IMG/VR virus record: IMGVR_UViG_3300006119_000007
Direction: 5' to 3' (one strand)
Origin: an uncultured virus (IMG/VR IMGVR_UViG_3300006119_000007)
Lineage: Duplodnaviria > Heunggongvirae > Uroviricota > Caudoviricetes
DNA length: 59,230 nt
A model generated the notes under the pieces. The model was not told the DNA's origin and ran no database searches. It saw only the letters and a list, made by a program, of their open reading frames with translations. Below are positions 26,364-36,775 of this stretch, in pieces. The position numbers were made by a program, and so were the translations under genes. Each line of letters opens with the position of its first letter. Positions within the stretch are counted from its first letter, which is position 1.

Positions 26364-29300
26364 TTATTTCTTTACCGGATTATCGATTTCAAGTATTGGA
26401 CGACCTGTGGAATTATCAGTTCCTGGGAAGTTTAATACCGTAGGATCTTGACGTTCTGCCATGACCAACCAATTGATCGTATCTGTGGAAGAACTATCTT
26501 GGCAAGTGATCGTGAGTATATTTCCTGAAACTGTTCCTCGAACGTTTGACCAGCTCGTTTGATTCGTAGCAAATACTTGTGCGTTACGAGCTAATAGAAC
26601 AAATGTTCCAGATGTCATTCCAAAGTATGCGTCTAGATTTACTGTAGCAGTTCCACCAGTGAGGTTTGATATTCCGCGATAGAGTAGATCGTAATATGGA
26701 CCTTCGATGAAGGAGTGAACTAATCTCTTTGTCGAATTTAATGCTGGAAGAGGATGTGGTATATTGAAGTAACCACCGCCCTTTGAGATCGAACCATTGA
26801 AGCTTGCATTACCAGAGGAATCGACTCCCCAGATTGGAGTAGCGACTGAACCATCTCCATAGTAACCGGCTGAACCAACAGTAATATCGCCTGGAGTAAT
26901 TGTAATTGCTGCAAAGTGTGGTGAATCCCCAGTTCCAAGACCTTGAGGAAGAGAAGCACCAGAACCTGCAGGACCCTGAGCACCTTGGGCACCAGGACCG
27001 CCAGAGCCACCTGTATAACCCTGAGCGCCTTGAGTTCCAGAACCAGTTGCACCTGTATAACCTTGTGTTCCAGCACCTGTATAACCTTGTGCTCCTTGAG
27101 TTCCAGCACCTGTTGCTCCAGTGTATCCTTGAGTACCTTGGTTTCCGGTATTACCATAGTGTCCTTGAGGACCTTGAGTACCTTGTGAACCTGAACCTGC
27201 AGGACCTTGAATACCAGTGTATCCTTGAGTTCCAGTTCCAGGTGCACCTGTATAACCTTGAGGACCCTGAGAACCAGATCCAGGAGAACCTTGGACGCCT
27301 GTATAACCTTGAATACCCTGAGCACCATTGCCACCAGTGTATCCTTGAATACCTTGGATACCTTGCGTGCCTTGTGCACCACCGCCACCACCGCTGAATG
27401 ACGTGGTTGAGATACCAGTAATTCTTCCTTTTGAATCGACAGTAATGATTGGGAGTGCGCTGCTAGAACCATAAGTGCCAGCACTTACACCTGTTGCAGT
27501 GAGAGATAAAGCGACTGAACCTACGTTTGCAGATCCATCGATCGTAAAGCTTCCTGTTGCATCACCACCTGAGAAAGTAACTGTTCTACCGCTTGCCCAA
27601 GCTGATGCAGTTGATGCATTACCACTTAATGAACCATTGAATGTTGTAGCAGTGACTGAGCTTAAACCTGCAATTGTGGATGAACTATTACCTAGAGCAA
27701 CTGTTGTTGAACCAAGAGTTACTGAGTTTGCAGTCAACTTCGATGTTGAAATTGATCCTGCCAACATACCATTTGTAACTGTTCCAGTATCGCCTGATGT
27801 GATAACTGTACCACTTGTTGCTGGAAGAGTAAGAACTGTATTTGTTCCTGCGATAGCGGTTGGAATTAATTGAACCGATCCAGATGTTGAACCTGGCAGC
27901 GTGACCGATAAGATACCACTCAGAGCTAAGTTTGCTGAAGCTCTACCTAAAATTACGCCAGTTGTACCAATGTAAGTCGTAGGATCTGCTGTTATGATCG
28001 CTGTAACGTGACCATAAGGATCCAGAGTTAAGTTCTGAATTACATTGCCACCGGTGTTTGTGCTCGTTCCAGGGATCGTGGTCGTCGTAGCGTGAGTTAA
28101 GATAACTTCACTTGGGCCAGAGCTTGGAGTCGTGATACTAATACCAGGGATTGAGGCTACTGTACCCGCAATAAAAGTAAGCGTATCATTATTGATCGTG
28201 GCAACTTGAGTCGTTTGACCAGAAACTGCGATATTCTTAAATATGTTCTGAGCAGAACCTCTGTCTGTATTTGTAAGACTGATCGATCCAGTCGATCCAC
28301 TTGCTGAGATACCAGAAGAAGCTGAGAGTGCAGTTACGCCAGTATTCGTGATTGTTACACCGCCAGTTGAAGAACTGACTGAGATACCAGTTGAGGAAGC
28401 GAGTGAAGTTACACCAGCGTTCGTGAGAGTGATAGAACCACCTAGAGAAACAAGACCACCACCACTTAAACCTGTTCCTGCAGTAACAGTGACTGAGCTA
28501 TTCGTAAGTGCTGAATTTGGAACTGAGGATAAGCTTATAAGAACATTATCTCCATAAGTTGAGTCATTATTTCCTACAGTAACAGTAACTCCGCTTGATC
28601 CACGGAATCTGAAAGTATCGCCGCCCGAGTCATTTGCGACTGGACTTGCGGTATTTGTACCATCGCTCATCACTCCGTAGTAAGCTTTACCAGTGACGGA
28701 TGTCCAAGCTGGACTATAAACGAGAGTCGAGAATGATGCAGTACCAGCTACATGTAAGTCGCCATAGATGTATGCAGTACCATTTGCATCAACCGTTAAA
28801 CGATTTGGCTGTGAAGGATACGACGTTGAATTTGTGACCGATAAGACTGGTGTTGTGGCTGTACCAGAAGCAACGATAATGGTTGGAGAACCAATGTCGA
28901 CTGCACTTGAAGCTCCAGCATTGATGTAAACATTACCTGATCCAGTGATTGTTCCAGAAGTAATACCAATCGCTAATCCATCTACATTTGCTCCAGAATA
29001 TAGAGTTGCAACTCCACCTACTCCAAGAGTACCTGCAACAGAAGTATTACCTGTAGAAGCTGCTACACTAAATTTTGAAGAATTGACTGTAAAAGTTCCA
29101 GTGGAAGATAAAGTACCACTGACACTTACGTTATTTCCAAAAGTCTTATTGCCATTGAAAGTAGAAGCACTATCAGTGATTTGATTGATAGCGGTCTTAA
29201 CATCGGTAGCTGAAGTCGTGAAAGACTCATTTCCAATGTAGCCCATGATCTCATTTGCTACTGCAACGAGAGATGTCTGTCCAGAGATGCCTGAAGCGAG

Positions 29301-29393
29301 TAAGCTTAGGTCTCCTATGTTTACACCAAGGGAGTTTGTATTCTCCCTCCATGTTTCGAAATTATCAGTACGTTGAGTAACAATGAGTGACAT
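26364..29393 (-). CDS. Tail fibre protein with collagen-like segment and C-terminal chaperone-like domain
   Basis: N-terminal D.FETWR..TN baseplate-anchor-like motif, GVTSL/AGTGL repeats, QGYTG collagen run, and a C-terminal SK.GG.F.I.HP...L.HSFIEGP...YRG domain. Confidence 0.8.
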   Translation of the reverse strand: MSLIVTQRTDNFETWRENTNSLGVNIGDLSLLASGISGQTSLVAVANEIMGYIGNESFTTSATDVKTAINQITDSASTFNGNKTFGNNVSVSGTLSSTGTFTVNSSKFSVAASTGNTSVAGTLGVGGVATLYSGANVDGLAIGITSGTITGSGNVYINAGASSAVDIGSPTIIVASGTATTPVLSVTNSTSYPSQPNRLTVDANGTAYIYGDLHVAGTASFSTLVYSPAWTSVTGKAYYGVMSDGTNTASPVANDSGGDTFRFRGSSGVTVTVGNNDSTYGDNVLISLSSVPNSALTNSSVTVTAGTGLSGGGLVSLGGSITLTNAGVTSLASSTGISVSSSTGGVTITNTGVTALSASSGISASGSTGSISLTNTDRGSAQNIFKNIAVSGQTTQVATINNDTLTFIAGTVASIPGISITTPSSGPSEVILTHATTTTIPGTSTNTGGNVIQNLTLDPYGHVTAIITADPTTYIGTTGVILGRASANLALSGILSVTLPGSTSGSVQLIPTAIAGTNTVLTLPATSGTVITSGDTGTVTNGMLAGSISTSKLTANSVTLGSTTVALGNSSSTIAGLSSVTATTFNGSLSGNASTASAWASGRTVTFSGGDATGSFTIDGSANVGSVALSLTATGVSAGTYGSSSALPIITVDSKGRITGISTTSFSGGGGGAQGTQGIQGIQGYTGGNGAQGIQGYTGVQGSPGSGSQGPQGYTGAPGTGTQGYTGIQGPAGSGSQGTQGPQGHYGNTGNQGTQGYTGATGAGTQGAQGYTGAGTQGYTGATGSGTQGAQGYTGGSGGPGAQGAQGPAGSGASLPQGLGTGDSPHFAAITITPGDITVGSAGYYGDGSVATPIWGVDSSGNASFNGSISKGGGYFNIPHPLPALNSTKRLVHSFIEGPYYDLLYRGISNLTGGTATVNLDAYFGMTSGTFVLLARNAQVFATNQTSWSNVRGTVSGNILTITCQDSSSTDTINWLVMAERQDPTVLNFPGTDNSTGRPILEIDNPVKK

Positions 29394-29401
29394 GTGAGTG
29401 A

Positions 29402-29623
29402 TTAAGAGCTAGGATTTACTTTCGCGATAAGAGCTGCGACTTGAGTTTTAAGGAGAGCTACATCGTCCTTGAGAGCTTTGATTTCAGCTTCTTTTTGCTG
29501 AACCTTTTTCTTCAAGTGTTGACGACGATGATACTCGCCTTGATTCTTATTTATGATCGCTTTCGAGGCCGCATCCCTTACGAGATGCGGATGGTTTCTC
29601 ACGATTTCTTCTGTTGTTGGCAT
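29402..29623 (-). CDS. Small conserved coiled-coil protein
   Basis: HP.LVRD..S.AIIN motif and a coiled-coil tail, of the kind that typically follows DUF4815 genes. Confidence 0.7.
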   Translation of the reverse strand: MPTTEEIVRNHPHLVRDAASKAIINKNQGEYHRRQHLKKKVQQKEAEIKALKDDVALLKTQVAALIAKVNPSS

Positions 29624-29624
29624 G

Positions 29625-32600
29625 TTATGAGAGAGCTATTGTTCTAAAGTTACGAATTGTTGGAACCTTCGAGGAGTTTTGTGAATAGAACACAATCTTT
29701 ACTGCAAAGGAGCTGAATGAGACCGTCGAACTTGTTCCAAGAGCAGCACTGATTTCGGCAGGTGTAACTGTATAAGTTACGTCCTTATATACAGTTGGAT
29801 CATCGGATATTGGAATTGCATAATCTGGAACTGCTAGATTCCAAGATAATGAATCGAAGGAAGTATCTTGTTGAGTTGGACTTGGAACCTTATAGTATAC
29901 AGCGATGTTTGAGTTCGAGGGTTGATTCATCGAAATCATGATCGATAAGCTCTCGGCTGGATTTTCCAGAGTGATCTGCTTTGTGAGATACTTCGAGAGA
30001 CCAGAACCACCAACAGGAGCACTGTCAGGTAAGTAACCAATCACGTAGTTGTATCCGCTTGGAGCAGGATTTGTATTCGTAGGATTATCGATTCGGTTTG
30101 AAACCGTTACAAGAGAGCAACGATCTAAATCAATGATTGGAGAGATATTGTTTCTCGTACTTGAGATATTACCCTCCAGATAGAAGCTATATGATCCACG
30201 ATCAGAGAGGTAACCAATGTTTGGCGTACCTGCGATCGTTTGTGGATTATTCATGAAGGTGTTATCGTTTGCCTTTACAGTTTGATATGTTCCAACTGTG
30301 TAAGGCGTTTCAGAACCAGCGAGAGACTTACCAGATGTCGTCTTTGCAGACCAAGCGATATTCGTATCAGACATTACGATGTCTTGAATATTTGGGTGCA
30401 TTACGTCGAATGGCTTATTCTCTGTTGCAGTCACTGCTGTACCACCAGCTCTACCAGTAACTGTAGCAGTTCCTGCCACATTGACTGTATAGCTATCGAT
30501 CTCGACTGATGTAACAGTGAGAGTTGTATTCAATTGAGTGATTGGAATACCATTGATTGCACTTCCACTATTTGCAACGATACCAGAAAGAGTTACACTG
30601 GATCCTGCGAATAAGCCGTGATTTGCGTGATAAACCTTGACTGTGCCATAACCACTCGTGAAGTAGAGAGGATCAACGATGAGTTGGGCTGCAGGAAGAG
30701 TCGTTTCATTCATTACAACTGTTCCATCTGCGGTATTGAATACAGCTCTACGAATTAAGAACTTCATGTCAGCCGTCTGATTTGGAGTCCAAGTCGAGGA
30801 GTTTTGTGATTCAAATAATACACCGGCGTATGGCTGCTCTGTAATGCGATAAGATGTATTGGTTACATCGTAGTTACCTAATTGAGAAATCCAAACTTTA
30901 TAAAGATTTGAATTTGAGTGAAGAACAAACGCATATTCTACACCTTGGAGTAAGTATACTGGAGATGCGAATTTAAATGTTGTTGCAGATGTTGCATCGA
31001 CTGATGTGCTTACTGAAGCAGCAGGGAGTGTAACTGTCGAGAAAGGTAGAGTTGTTTGAGTCGGTGAACCATTCTCCATCGTCACGATGCTGAGAGTGAC
31101 TGGAAGACTTGGATCTTTTGCCTCAAAATAGATGTCGATCGAGGTGGCCATGATGCCTCCTTGCATATCGATCAAGAAGCTTTGAGCAAGAGGATCTAAG
31201 TAATAGATTGGAGCACCTTGACCAGGGTTAATCACTGGTAAGCCACTTAAACCACCTGGGACCTCACTTGCACCACCTCCACCTACATCGATTGGAGTTG
31301 TATTCGTTGGATTACTTACTACGACTGGTGCATCAGTATTACCAATCGTTTCTGTACCTGAACCTGTGTAATTGCTTGGGACAGATACTGAACCAGGACC
31401 ACTGTTTGTAGCTGGGAGTACTGTTGTGACATCTCCATTCGTGCTCTGGAATGGAGCAAGAACTAATTGAGTTACAACTGGTAGAGTGTATGGAGGAGTC
31501 GTTCCGGTCGTTGGAGGCGGGAACGTTGGAGGCTGCGTATTGACAACGTTCGATATCGTCTGAGAGCTGCTTACATTTGTAAGTACTCGAGATTGAGATA
31601 CCTGAGATGTCGATATGACAGGAGTCTGTGTGGATACGATTAAGTTTGATACTGTATCAAGAAGACCTTGAGCAGTATAAGAAGCCTCAGCCGAAGTTGT
31701 GACTAGATCTAAGTTATTCGTAGCTGAGTCACAGACTCGGAAGATACGAGTACCTGTCTTAAACTGAAGTGAACTATTATTTGGAATTAAGAATGCACCA
31801 AATACATCACCTGCAGAATCAGTTACTAATGGAGTCGATCCGCCTGGATAAGAGGTTGCACCAGATGCTGCAACGAGTGGACGAGGACCAGTTCCAGAAC
31901 TTGAGGAAGAACTATATTGTAAGCTATTCCAATAATCTGTCTTTGTTCCACTTGGAGTTAATTGAGAGCAATAAGCTGATACTGAGGTAGAATCAAAGAA
32001 AGGATAAACCGTTGTGTTTGGCTTTAATCCAGATGCCCAGAAGTATACTGTACGAGAACGAATGAATGGAACGATACTTACATCGACCACCATATTTCCA
32101 TAGTTCTGTGTGTTAACTGTGGAAGATAGAGATGTAACTGTTCCGGTTTGAACCTGATTCGTTGTCGTTGTGGTTGTCGTGGTTGTAGCAGTTGCTGTTA
32201 CACCTAGTACAAGAGATTCGATTTGGTTGAGAGCTGGAGCTGAGGTTGAACTTGTGGAAGTACCAGCCCACGTGGTCTGCCAATCGTTCCAGACAGTTCC
32301 AAGAGTTCCAGAGGATTGAAGCTGAGCAGCAACACTATCATATACTCCAGTGTCATTGATCACGACGTCAGGAGCTTGAACTGTATCCTTCCAATCGTCT
32401 GTCGAAGGAGTGAGTTGTAAATCACCTGTCCAATTGAATACATCAAATGGATTTACGAACATCGTGTTTGAGGCGTAAGGCTGCTTGATATAATCTGATT
32501 CGTAATATTCAAGAGTCAATAACGAACCAGTCTGCATCACTCCAGAAGAGAGTGAGGAGTTAAACTTTAACTTTACGTTGTCCTCGAAGAAGCTTGGACG

Positions 32601-35396
32601 GCATGTTCCAGTTGCGCTCTCGATCGATACACTATAGTCTGGATTCGAGACGTTACCTACGCTTGAACCAGAGAACGAATCAACCACGAAACCATGTTGA
32701 TAATAAGGTGTTCCAGTGTTTGGATCAATGATTTGAGTTGCCGCCGTGCTATTTTCTAAGAGTGAAAGCGCTGTATAGTATTCAACGTTCTTTAAGCGAC
32801 TATCAAGTGATCCAATGTCTCGCATCGTATATCTACGATTATCGATCATCTTTGGTGATACGCCTTGAGTCGTAAATGTATAAGCTGATAAGTTCAGCGT
32901 ATAAAGTATCATCGTTCCATCTGGATCAGCTGGAGCAACTGGTACATCTGCTGATACACCCTCGACTACACTGAAGTTGCCCTTCTTATCCACATAGATC
33001 TTATCGATACGTGGTAGGTAATAGTGGATATCACAAGTGACCGTCGTGTTTGGAATCACCATCGAAACAAGAGAAGCTCCTGTTCCTGTGAATCCGCCAG
33101 TGTTTGTATCCTTTGTAGGACGGAAGTCTAATACGTCTCTTAATTGTAAGAGACCTTGAGAAGATTGAAAAGAAGGAATGTTCTCGTAATCGATCACGCC
33201 TGTATAAGAATCGACCGAGAAGTAATCACCAGCGCCATGTTGTAAGTAGCTATAAACAACAAGGAGTCTTCCTGTTGGAGCTGCTTGGCCTGGGATTAAT
33301 TGAATACGAGCAACATCATAGAAGTTATCACGTTGACCATTATCGATATAATAACGGCTTGTGACATTCGTATCAGCAGTCGTAGGATCTGTTGAAAGAT
33401 TTGCTGACATATAGATGCCAGAAACCGAGAGAAGATCCGTTACGTTTAAGAGGTCGTATCCACCAGGAGTTGTGTTTGGAGTATCAAGTATGATCTCTTG
33501 ATTTGTCTGCAGAGTCTTTGTCTTCTGAGCGATATTACGGCTAGAAGGTGCAATGATATGAACACTTGTTCCAGCATTGCCAGAACCTAAGTGAAGAGTG
33601 ACTGTTACGACTGAACCGCCGCCTGAAGATGTCAGAGTTGGAGCAGCGGTTTGCGGAACGATACTTCCATCGGAGTTCTTTACTACGAGATAGTCTACTG
33701 TATCGATCGAATAGAAGATTTCATTCGAGATTGGAGTTAATGTTACGTTGCCAGAACCATCAGCTGGATTTGGGTCATAACGCTTCTTGACTGAGTAGAA
33801 AGTATATGTCTGACCATCGGTGAGTAGTGATTGAGCTACTGAACGAGGCAGTGAGAACAACATTGAGTTATTTCCGCCCGAGAGAGCTGGTGTAGAATCA
33901 ACTGCCGTTGCTGTAAAAGCAACACCTGTTCCATAAGAAGAATAGACTGTATGAACTGAACCAAAGCCATATGTTGATAGCATCTGTAGATCGAAGATGT
34001 ACAGATTATAGATGGCTGATGAACCAGAACCACTTACGTACTCGATCGAACGAGCTCTTGCATAACCAACCGTGATTGAAGAACTATTCTTGAGAGTGAT
34101 CTGAGCAAACGTATTGATGTCAGGAACGCCTACGATGTTTGTGATCTGGAATGAGTTACCAATGTTTGCCACGAGTGAAACCTCATGAGCATATCCTTCA
34201 TCACGTGCTTTATTGACAGGAATGTACTTAGTGTCGACTAATTGAATTCTATAACCATCGACATAAGCAGTTGATTTTTCAACACCAACTGCTAGCTTTG
34301 ATTTACCATAAGCAGTTGCACTTCCTGTATCCACCGCATTACCGGCAGAAATGATTTGATCTGTCGTGAATAATCCACCGTTTGTTCCAGTGTTTAGGTA
34401 CTCACGAATATTCAGTAAGAAAGGATTGACAACGAAGTTTCCAGCTTCTTCGAACGTTCTTTCCGCCATCGTATCTCCAATAGCTGAATAAGGATCATTT
34501 GCTGGACTATTTACGATACCATTGACAACGACTAAGAGCTGAATGATATTGTTTTCTGTACGACCAGCAAACTCAATTGGCTGAACGATTAATTGAAGAT
34601 CGATTGCATAACGATTTGCACCCGGAGCAGCAACGTTAGGTGAACCTAGCGCGTTATCTGTGAGGGTTGAATCGTCAGCAGATGTGACCACGCTCTCAGT
34701 GATACGATACACAATACGAGCCGATGGGTTCGTGGTATACTTACTGAGAATGATCGATTGAGCACGAGCGTAAACAAAGTTTCCTGATACGAAGAATGCA
34801 CCCTCGCTGACAGAGATGTTTGTGCCGTATCCAGTTGGATAGTTATCTCCGTTGGTGGTATCAACGCTGAGTAGATTCTTAACCTGAACAAGACGAACTG
34901 GATCACCGTCTGAGAGTAAGTATTCGCCTGGAGCAAATACTTTTGTAGTTGTATCTGTACCTGAAGAAGTGTACTTTACGAAAATCGTGAGAGGATCTCC
35001 AGAAGTGATTGCAGGAGTTGCATTTACAACTTTTGCAGTCACGCCAGTCGTTTGACCAGTAATCGTTGTACCAATTAATTCCTCATAGTAATTATCAGGA
35101 ATTAATGCCGTACCGTTTGTGATGCCACCAACTGTGGAACCACTGTATGTAAAGCTAGAATAGATCTTTACATAAGCGTAAGCATTATCCAAGGAAGCTT
35201 TTCCACCTACGACAGCTGAACCATCTTTAAATATGTTACTTCCGAAACGATCCAATTGAGCCTGGATCGCAGTCTGCATCTGTGTCAATTCACGAGCCTG
35301 AACTGAATATCCAGGACGAAATAGCACGCGCATGTAATTCTTCGACTGATCGAAGTCATCATAATAAGGTGGAGTGTTATAGGTCTTGATTGACAT
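29625..35396 (-). CDS. Large baseplate/virion structural protein (DUF4815-type)
   Basis: PYYDDFD..KNY.RVLFRPG..VQARELTQ.Q start; RRYTMRDIG.L..R..N.EYYT.LSLLE; DPLAQSF; lies directly after gp8. Confidence 0.85.
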   Translation of the reverse strand: MSIKTYNTPPYYDDFDQSKNYMRVLFRPGYSVQARELTQMQTAIQAQLDRFGSNIFKDGSAVVGGKASLDNAYAYVKIYSSFTYSGSTVGGITNGTALIPDNYYEELIGTTITGQTTGVTAKVVNATPAITSGDPLTIFVKYTSSGTDTTTKVFAPGEYLLSDGDPVRLVQVKNLLSVDTTNGDNYPTGYGTNISVSEGAFFVSGNFVYARAQSIILSKYTTNPSARIVYRITESVVTSADDSTLTDNALGSPNVAAPGANRYAIDLQLIVQPIEFAGRTENNIIQLLVVVNGIVNSPANDPYSAIGDTMAERTFEEAGNFVVNPFLLNIREYLNTGTNGGLFTTDQIISAGNAVDTGSATAYGKSKLAVGVEKSTAYVDGYRIQLVDTKYIPVNKARDEGYAHEVSLVANIGNSFQITNIVGVPDINTFAQITLKNSSSITVGYARARSIEYVSGSGSSAIYNLYIFDLQMLSTYGFGSVHTVYSSYGTGVAFTATAVDSTPALSGGNNSMLFSLPRSVAQSLLTDGQTYTFYSVKKRYDPNPADGSGNVTLTPISNEIFYSIDTVDYLVVKNSDGSIVPQTAAPTLTSSGGGSVVTVTLHLGSGNAGTSVHIIAPSSRNIAQKTKTLQTNQEIILDTPNTTPGGYDLLNVTDLLSVSGIYMSANLSTDPTTADTNVTSRYYIDNGQRDNFYDVARIQLIPGQAAPTGRLLVVYSYLQHGAGDYFSVDSYTGVIDYENIPSFQSSQGLLQLRDVLDFRPTKDTNTGGFTGTGASLVSMVIPNTTVTCDIHYYLPRIDKIYVDKKGNFSVVEGVSADVPVAPADPDGTMILYTLNLSAYTFTTQGVSPKMIDNRRYTMRDIGSLDSRLKNVEYYTALSLLENSTAATQIIDPNTGTPYYQHGFVVDSFSGSSVGNVSNPDYSVSIESATGTCRPSFFEDNVKLKFNSSLSSGVMQTGSLLTLEYYESDYIKQPYASNTMFVNPFDVFNWTGDLQLTPSTDDWKDTVQAPDVVINDTGVYDSVAAQLQSSGTLGTVWNDWQTTWAGTSTSSTSAPALNQIESLVLGVTATATTTTTTTTTNQVQTGTVTSLSSTVNTQNYGNMVVDVSIVPFIRSRTVYFWASGLKPNTTVYPFFDSTSVSAYCSQLTPSGTKTDYWNSLQYSSSSSSGTGPRPLVAASGATSYPGGSTPLVTDSAGDVFGAFLIPNNSSLQFKTGTRIFRVCDSATNNLDLVTTSAEASYTAQGLLDTVSNLIVSTQTPVISTSQVSQSRVLTNVSSSQTISNVVNTQPPTFPPPTTGTTPPYTLPVVTQLVLAPFQSTNGDVTTVLPATNSGPGSVSVPSNYTGSGTETIGNTDAPVVVSNPTNTTPIDVGGGGASEVPGGLSGLPVINPGQGAPIYYLDPLAQSFLIDMQGGIMATSIDIYFEAKDPSLPVTLSIVTMENGSPTQTTLPFSTVTLPAASVSTSVDATSATTFKFASPVYLLQGVEYAFVLHSNSNLYKVWISQLGNYDVTNTSYRITEQPYAGVLFESQNSSTWTPNQTADMKFLIRRAVFNTADGTVVMNETTLPAAQLIVDPLYFTSGYGTVKVYHANHGLFAGSSVTLSGIVANSGSAINGIPITQLNTTLTVTSVEIDSYTVNVAGTATVTGRAGGTAVTATENKPFDVMHPNIQDIVMSDTNIAWSAKTTSGKSLAGSETPYTVGTYQTVKANDNTFMNNPQTIAGTPNIGYLSDRGSYSFYLEGNISSTRNNISPIIDLDRCSLVTVSNRIDNPTNTNPAPSGYNYVIGYLPDSAPVGGSGLSKYLTKQITLENPAESLSIMISMNQPSNSNIAVYYKVPSPTQQDTSFDSLSWNLAVPDYAIPISDDPTVYKDVTYTVTPAEISAALGTSSTVSFSSFAVKIVFYSQNSSKVPTIRNFRTIALS

Positions 35397-35404
35397 TGTA
35401 GGTA

Positions 35405-36766
35405 TTAAAATTCGATAACTAACTTAATATTCTCGATCTGTGAGGCTGAACGATTGATTGGAGCACGATTCTCAAGGAAGAGCATCTTGCCTGAGTAAGG
35501 TTGTACCTGAGGATTTATAAGTCCTCCAGAAGAAGCGATTGAACCAGTTCCACCCGTATGACCATTGACTGTTTCGCCTAGTGTAAATGTACCATAACCA
35601 GTGTTATTGTTCTGGTGATACTTTAATACACCTGCGACTGAATCATAAGAGTCGATATAAGCGATTGTGCCTGAACTTGCTCCAGTGATATAATCTCCAA
35701 TCGTGAATCCTGAACTTGAAGTAAATTGAATTTCTTTCAGAGCTGAATAAGTCGTTGCAGATCCAATCGTAGTTGTACCATAGGTGTATGGGTTCTTAAC
35801 GATACCAATCTGACGGAAACTATTATTGACGATGAAGTTACCAGATCCATCTGCATAGAGAAGACTGACTTCAACTGCAGTAAAGAATGCACCTAATTCA
35901 CGAACTGGATCAGTACCATGACCATTTGGAGGTGATAGAACTGGACGTGCTGCTGCACCTAATCCAGTTGAATCGGTGATCGTGATGTAAGCGTTATGAT
36001 AAGGAGTGCTTCCATTCGCTGTTACGTTGATTGCAGTGATCACTCCACCCGAAACGACTGCTTGAGCGGTTGCTCCTGTACCATCTCCATGAATTGTAAC
36101 TGTAGGAGATGAGGAGTAACCAGAACCACCATTTGTTACGACTGCACGATAGATCTTACCATTGTTTCCAGCCGAGTTCTGTTGAATATTGTACTTTGTC
36201 TGATCGTCAGAGGATAAATCAGAGATATTCTCCCCAGCAGGAATTACAACGGTTTTGACTGGAACGTATGTGTTTGTTAAGAAATTGTTTGCATCCAGAG
36301 TACTGATTGAGAACATGTACTTCCAGATATAACCATCACCTTCCGAGGAAGGATTCGTATTAGTTTGTGTAGGTTTTACAGTTGATGCACCAGAACCTGC
36401 TACGATACACTTATAAACCTTAAATTCATCGGTCAGGATGTAGAAAGACTTAGAATAGATTGAGGAATCGGCATCATCCCAAGCAACGTATGAAGTACCG
36501 GATGTCCAGTTCACTCTTGGAATAAGATTCATGACGTTTGAAGCAGTGATTTGCTTCATTGCGATCATGTTCGTCCATGCCTTATTGATATCAACAAGAT
36601 CGTCTACTGGAGTGTCGGGTGTACCGTCAGTCGTGACGGATAAGCTGTTTGACCATGGATCGGATTTACCGATAAAAAGGTAGACACCGTTCGAGGTATT
36701 TGCTACGTCATTGATGAAATTGACGGCATTCTCGATTCGAAAGTTTGTCGTGATAATGGCTGGCAT
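35405..36766 (-). CDS. gp8: Baseplate wedge subunit gp8
   Basis: M.AIIT..FR, VYKC, DGY.WKYM, GHG.DP..ELGA and Q.E.IKLVIEF motifs. Confidence 0.85.
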   Translation of the reverse strand: MPAIITTNFRIENAVNFINDVANTSNGVYLFIGKSDPWSNSLSVTTDGTPDTPVDDLVDINKAWTNMIAMKQITASNVMNLIPRVNWTSGTSYVAWDDADSSIYSKSFYILTDEFKVYKCIVAGSGASTVKPTQTNTNPSSEGDGYIWKYMFSISTLDANNFLTNTYVPVKTVVIPAGENISDLSSDDQTKYNIQQNSAGNNGKIYRAVVTNGGSGYSSSPTVTIHGDGTGATAQAVVSGGVITAINVTANGSTPYHNAYITITDSTGLGAAARPVLSPPNGHGTDPVRELGAFFTAVEVSLLYADGSGNFIVNNSFRQIGIVKNPYTYGTTTIGSATTYSALKEIQFTSSSGFTIGDYITGASSGTIAYIDSYDSVAGVLKYHQNNNTGYGTFTLGETVNGHTGGTGSIASSGGLINPQVQPYSGKMLFLENRAPINRSASQIENIKLVIEF

Positions 36767-36775
36767 AGTAGTATA

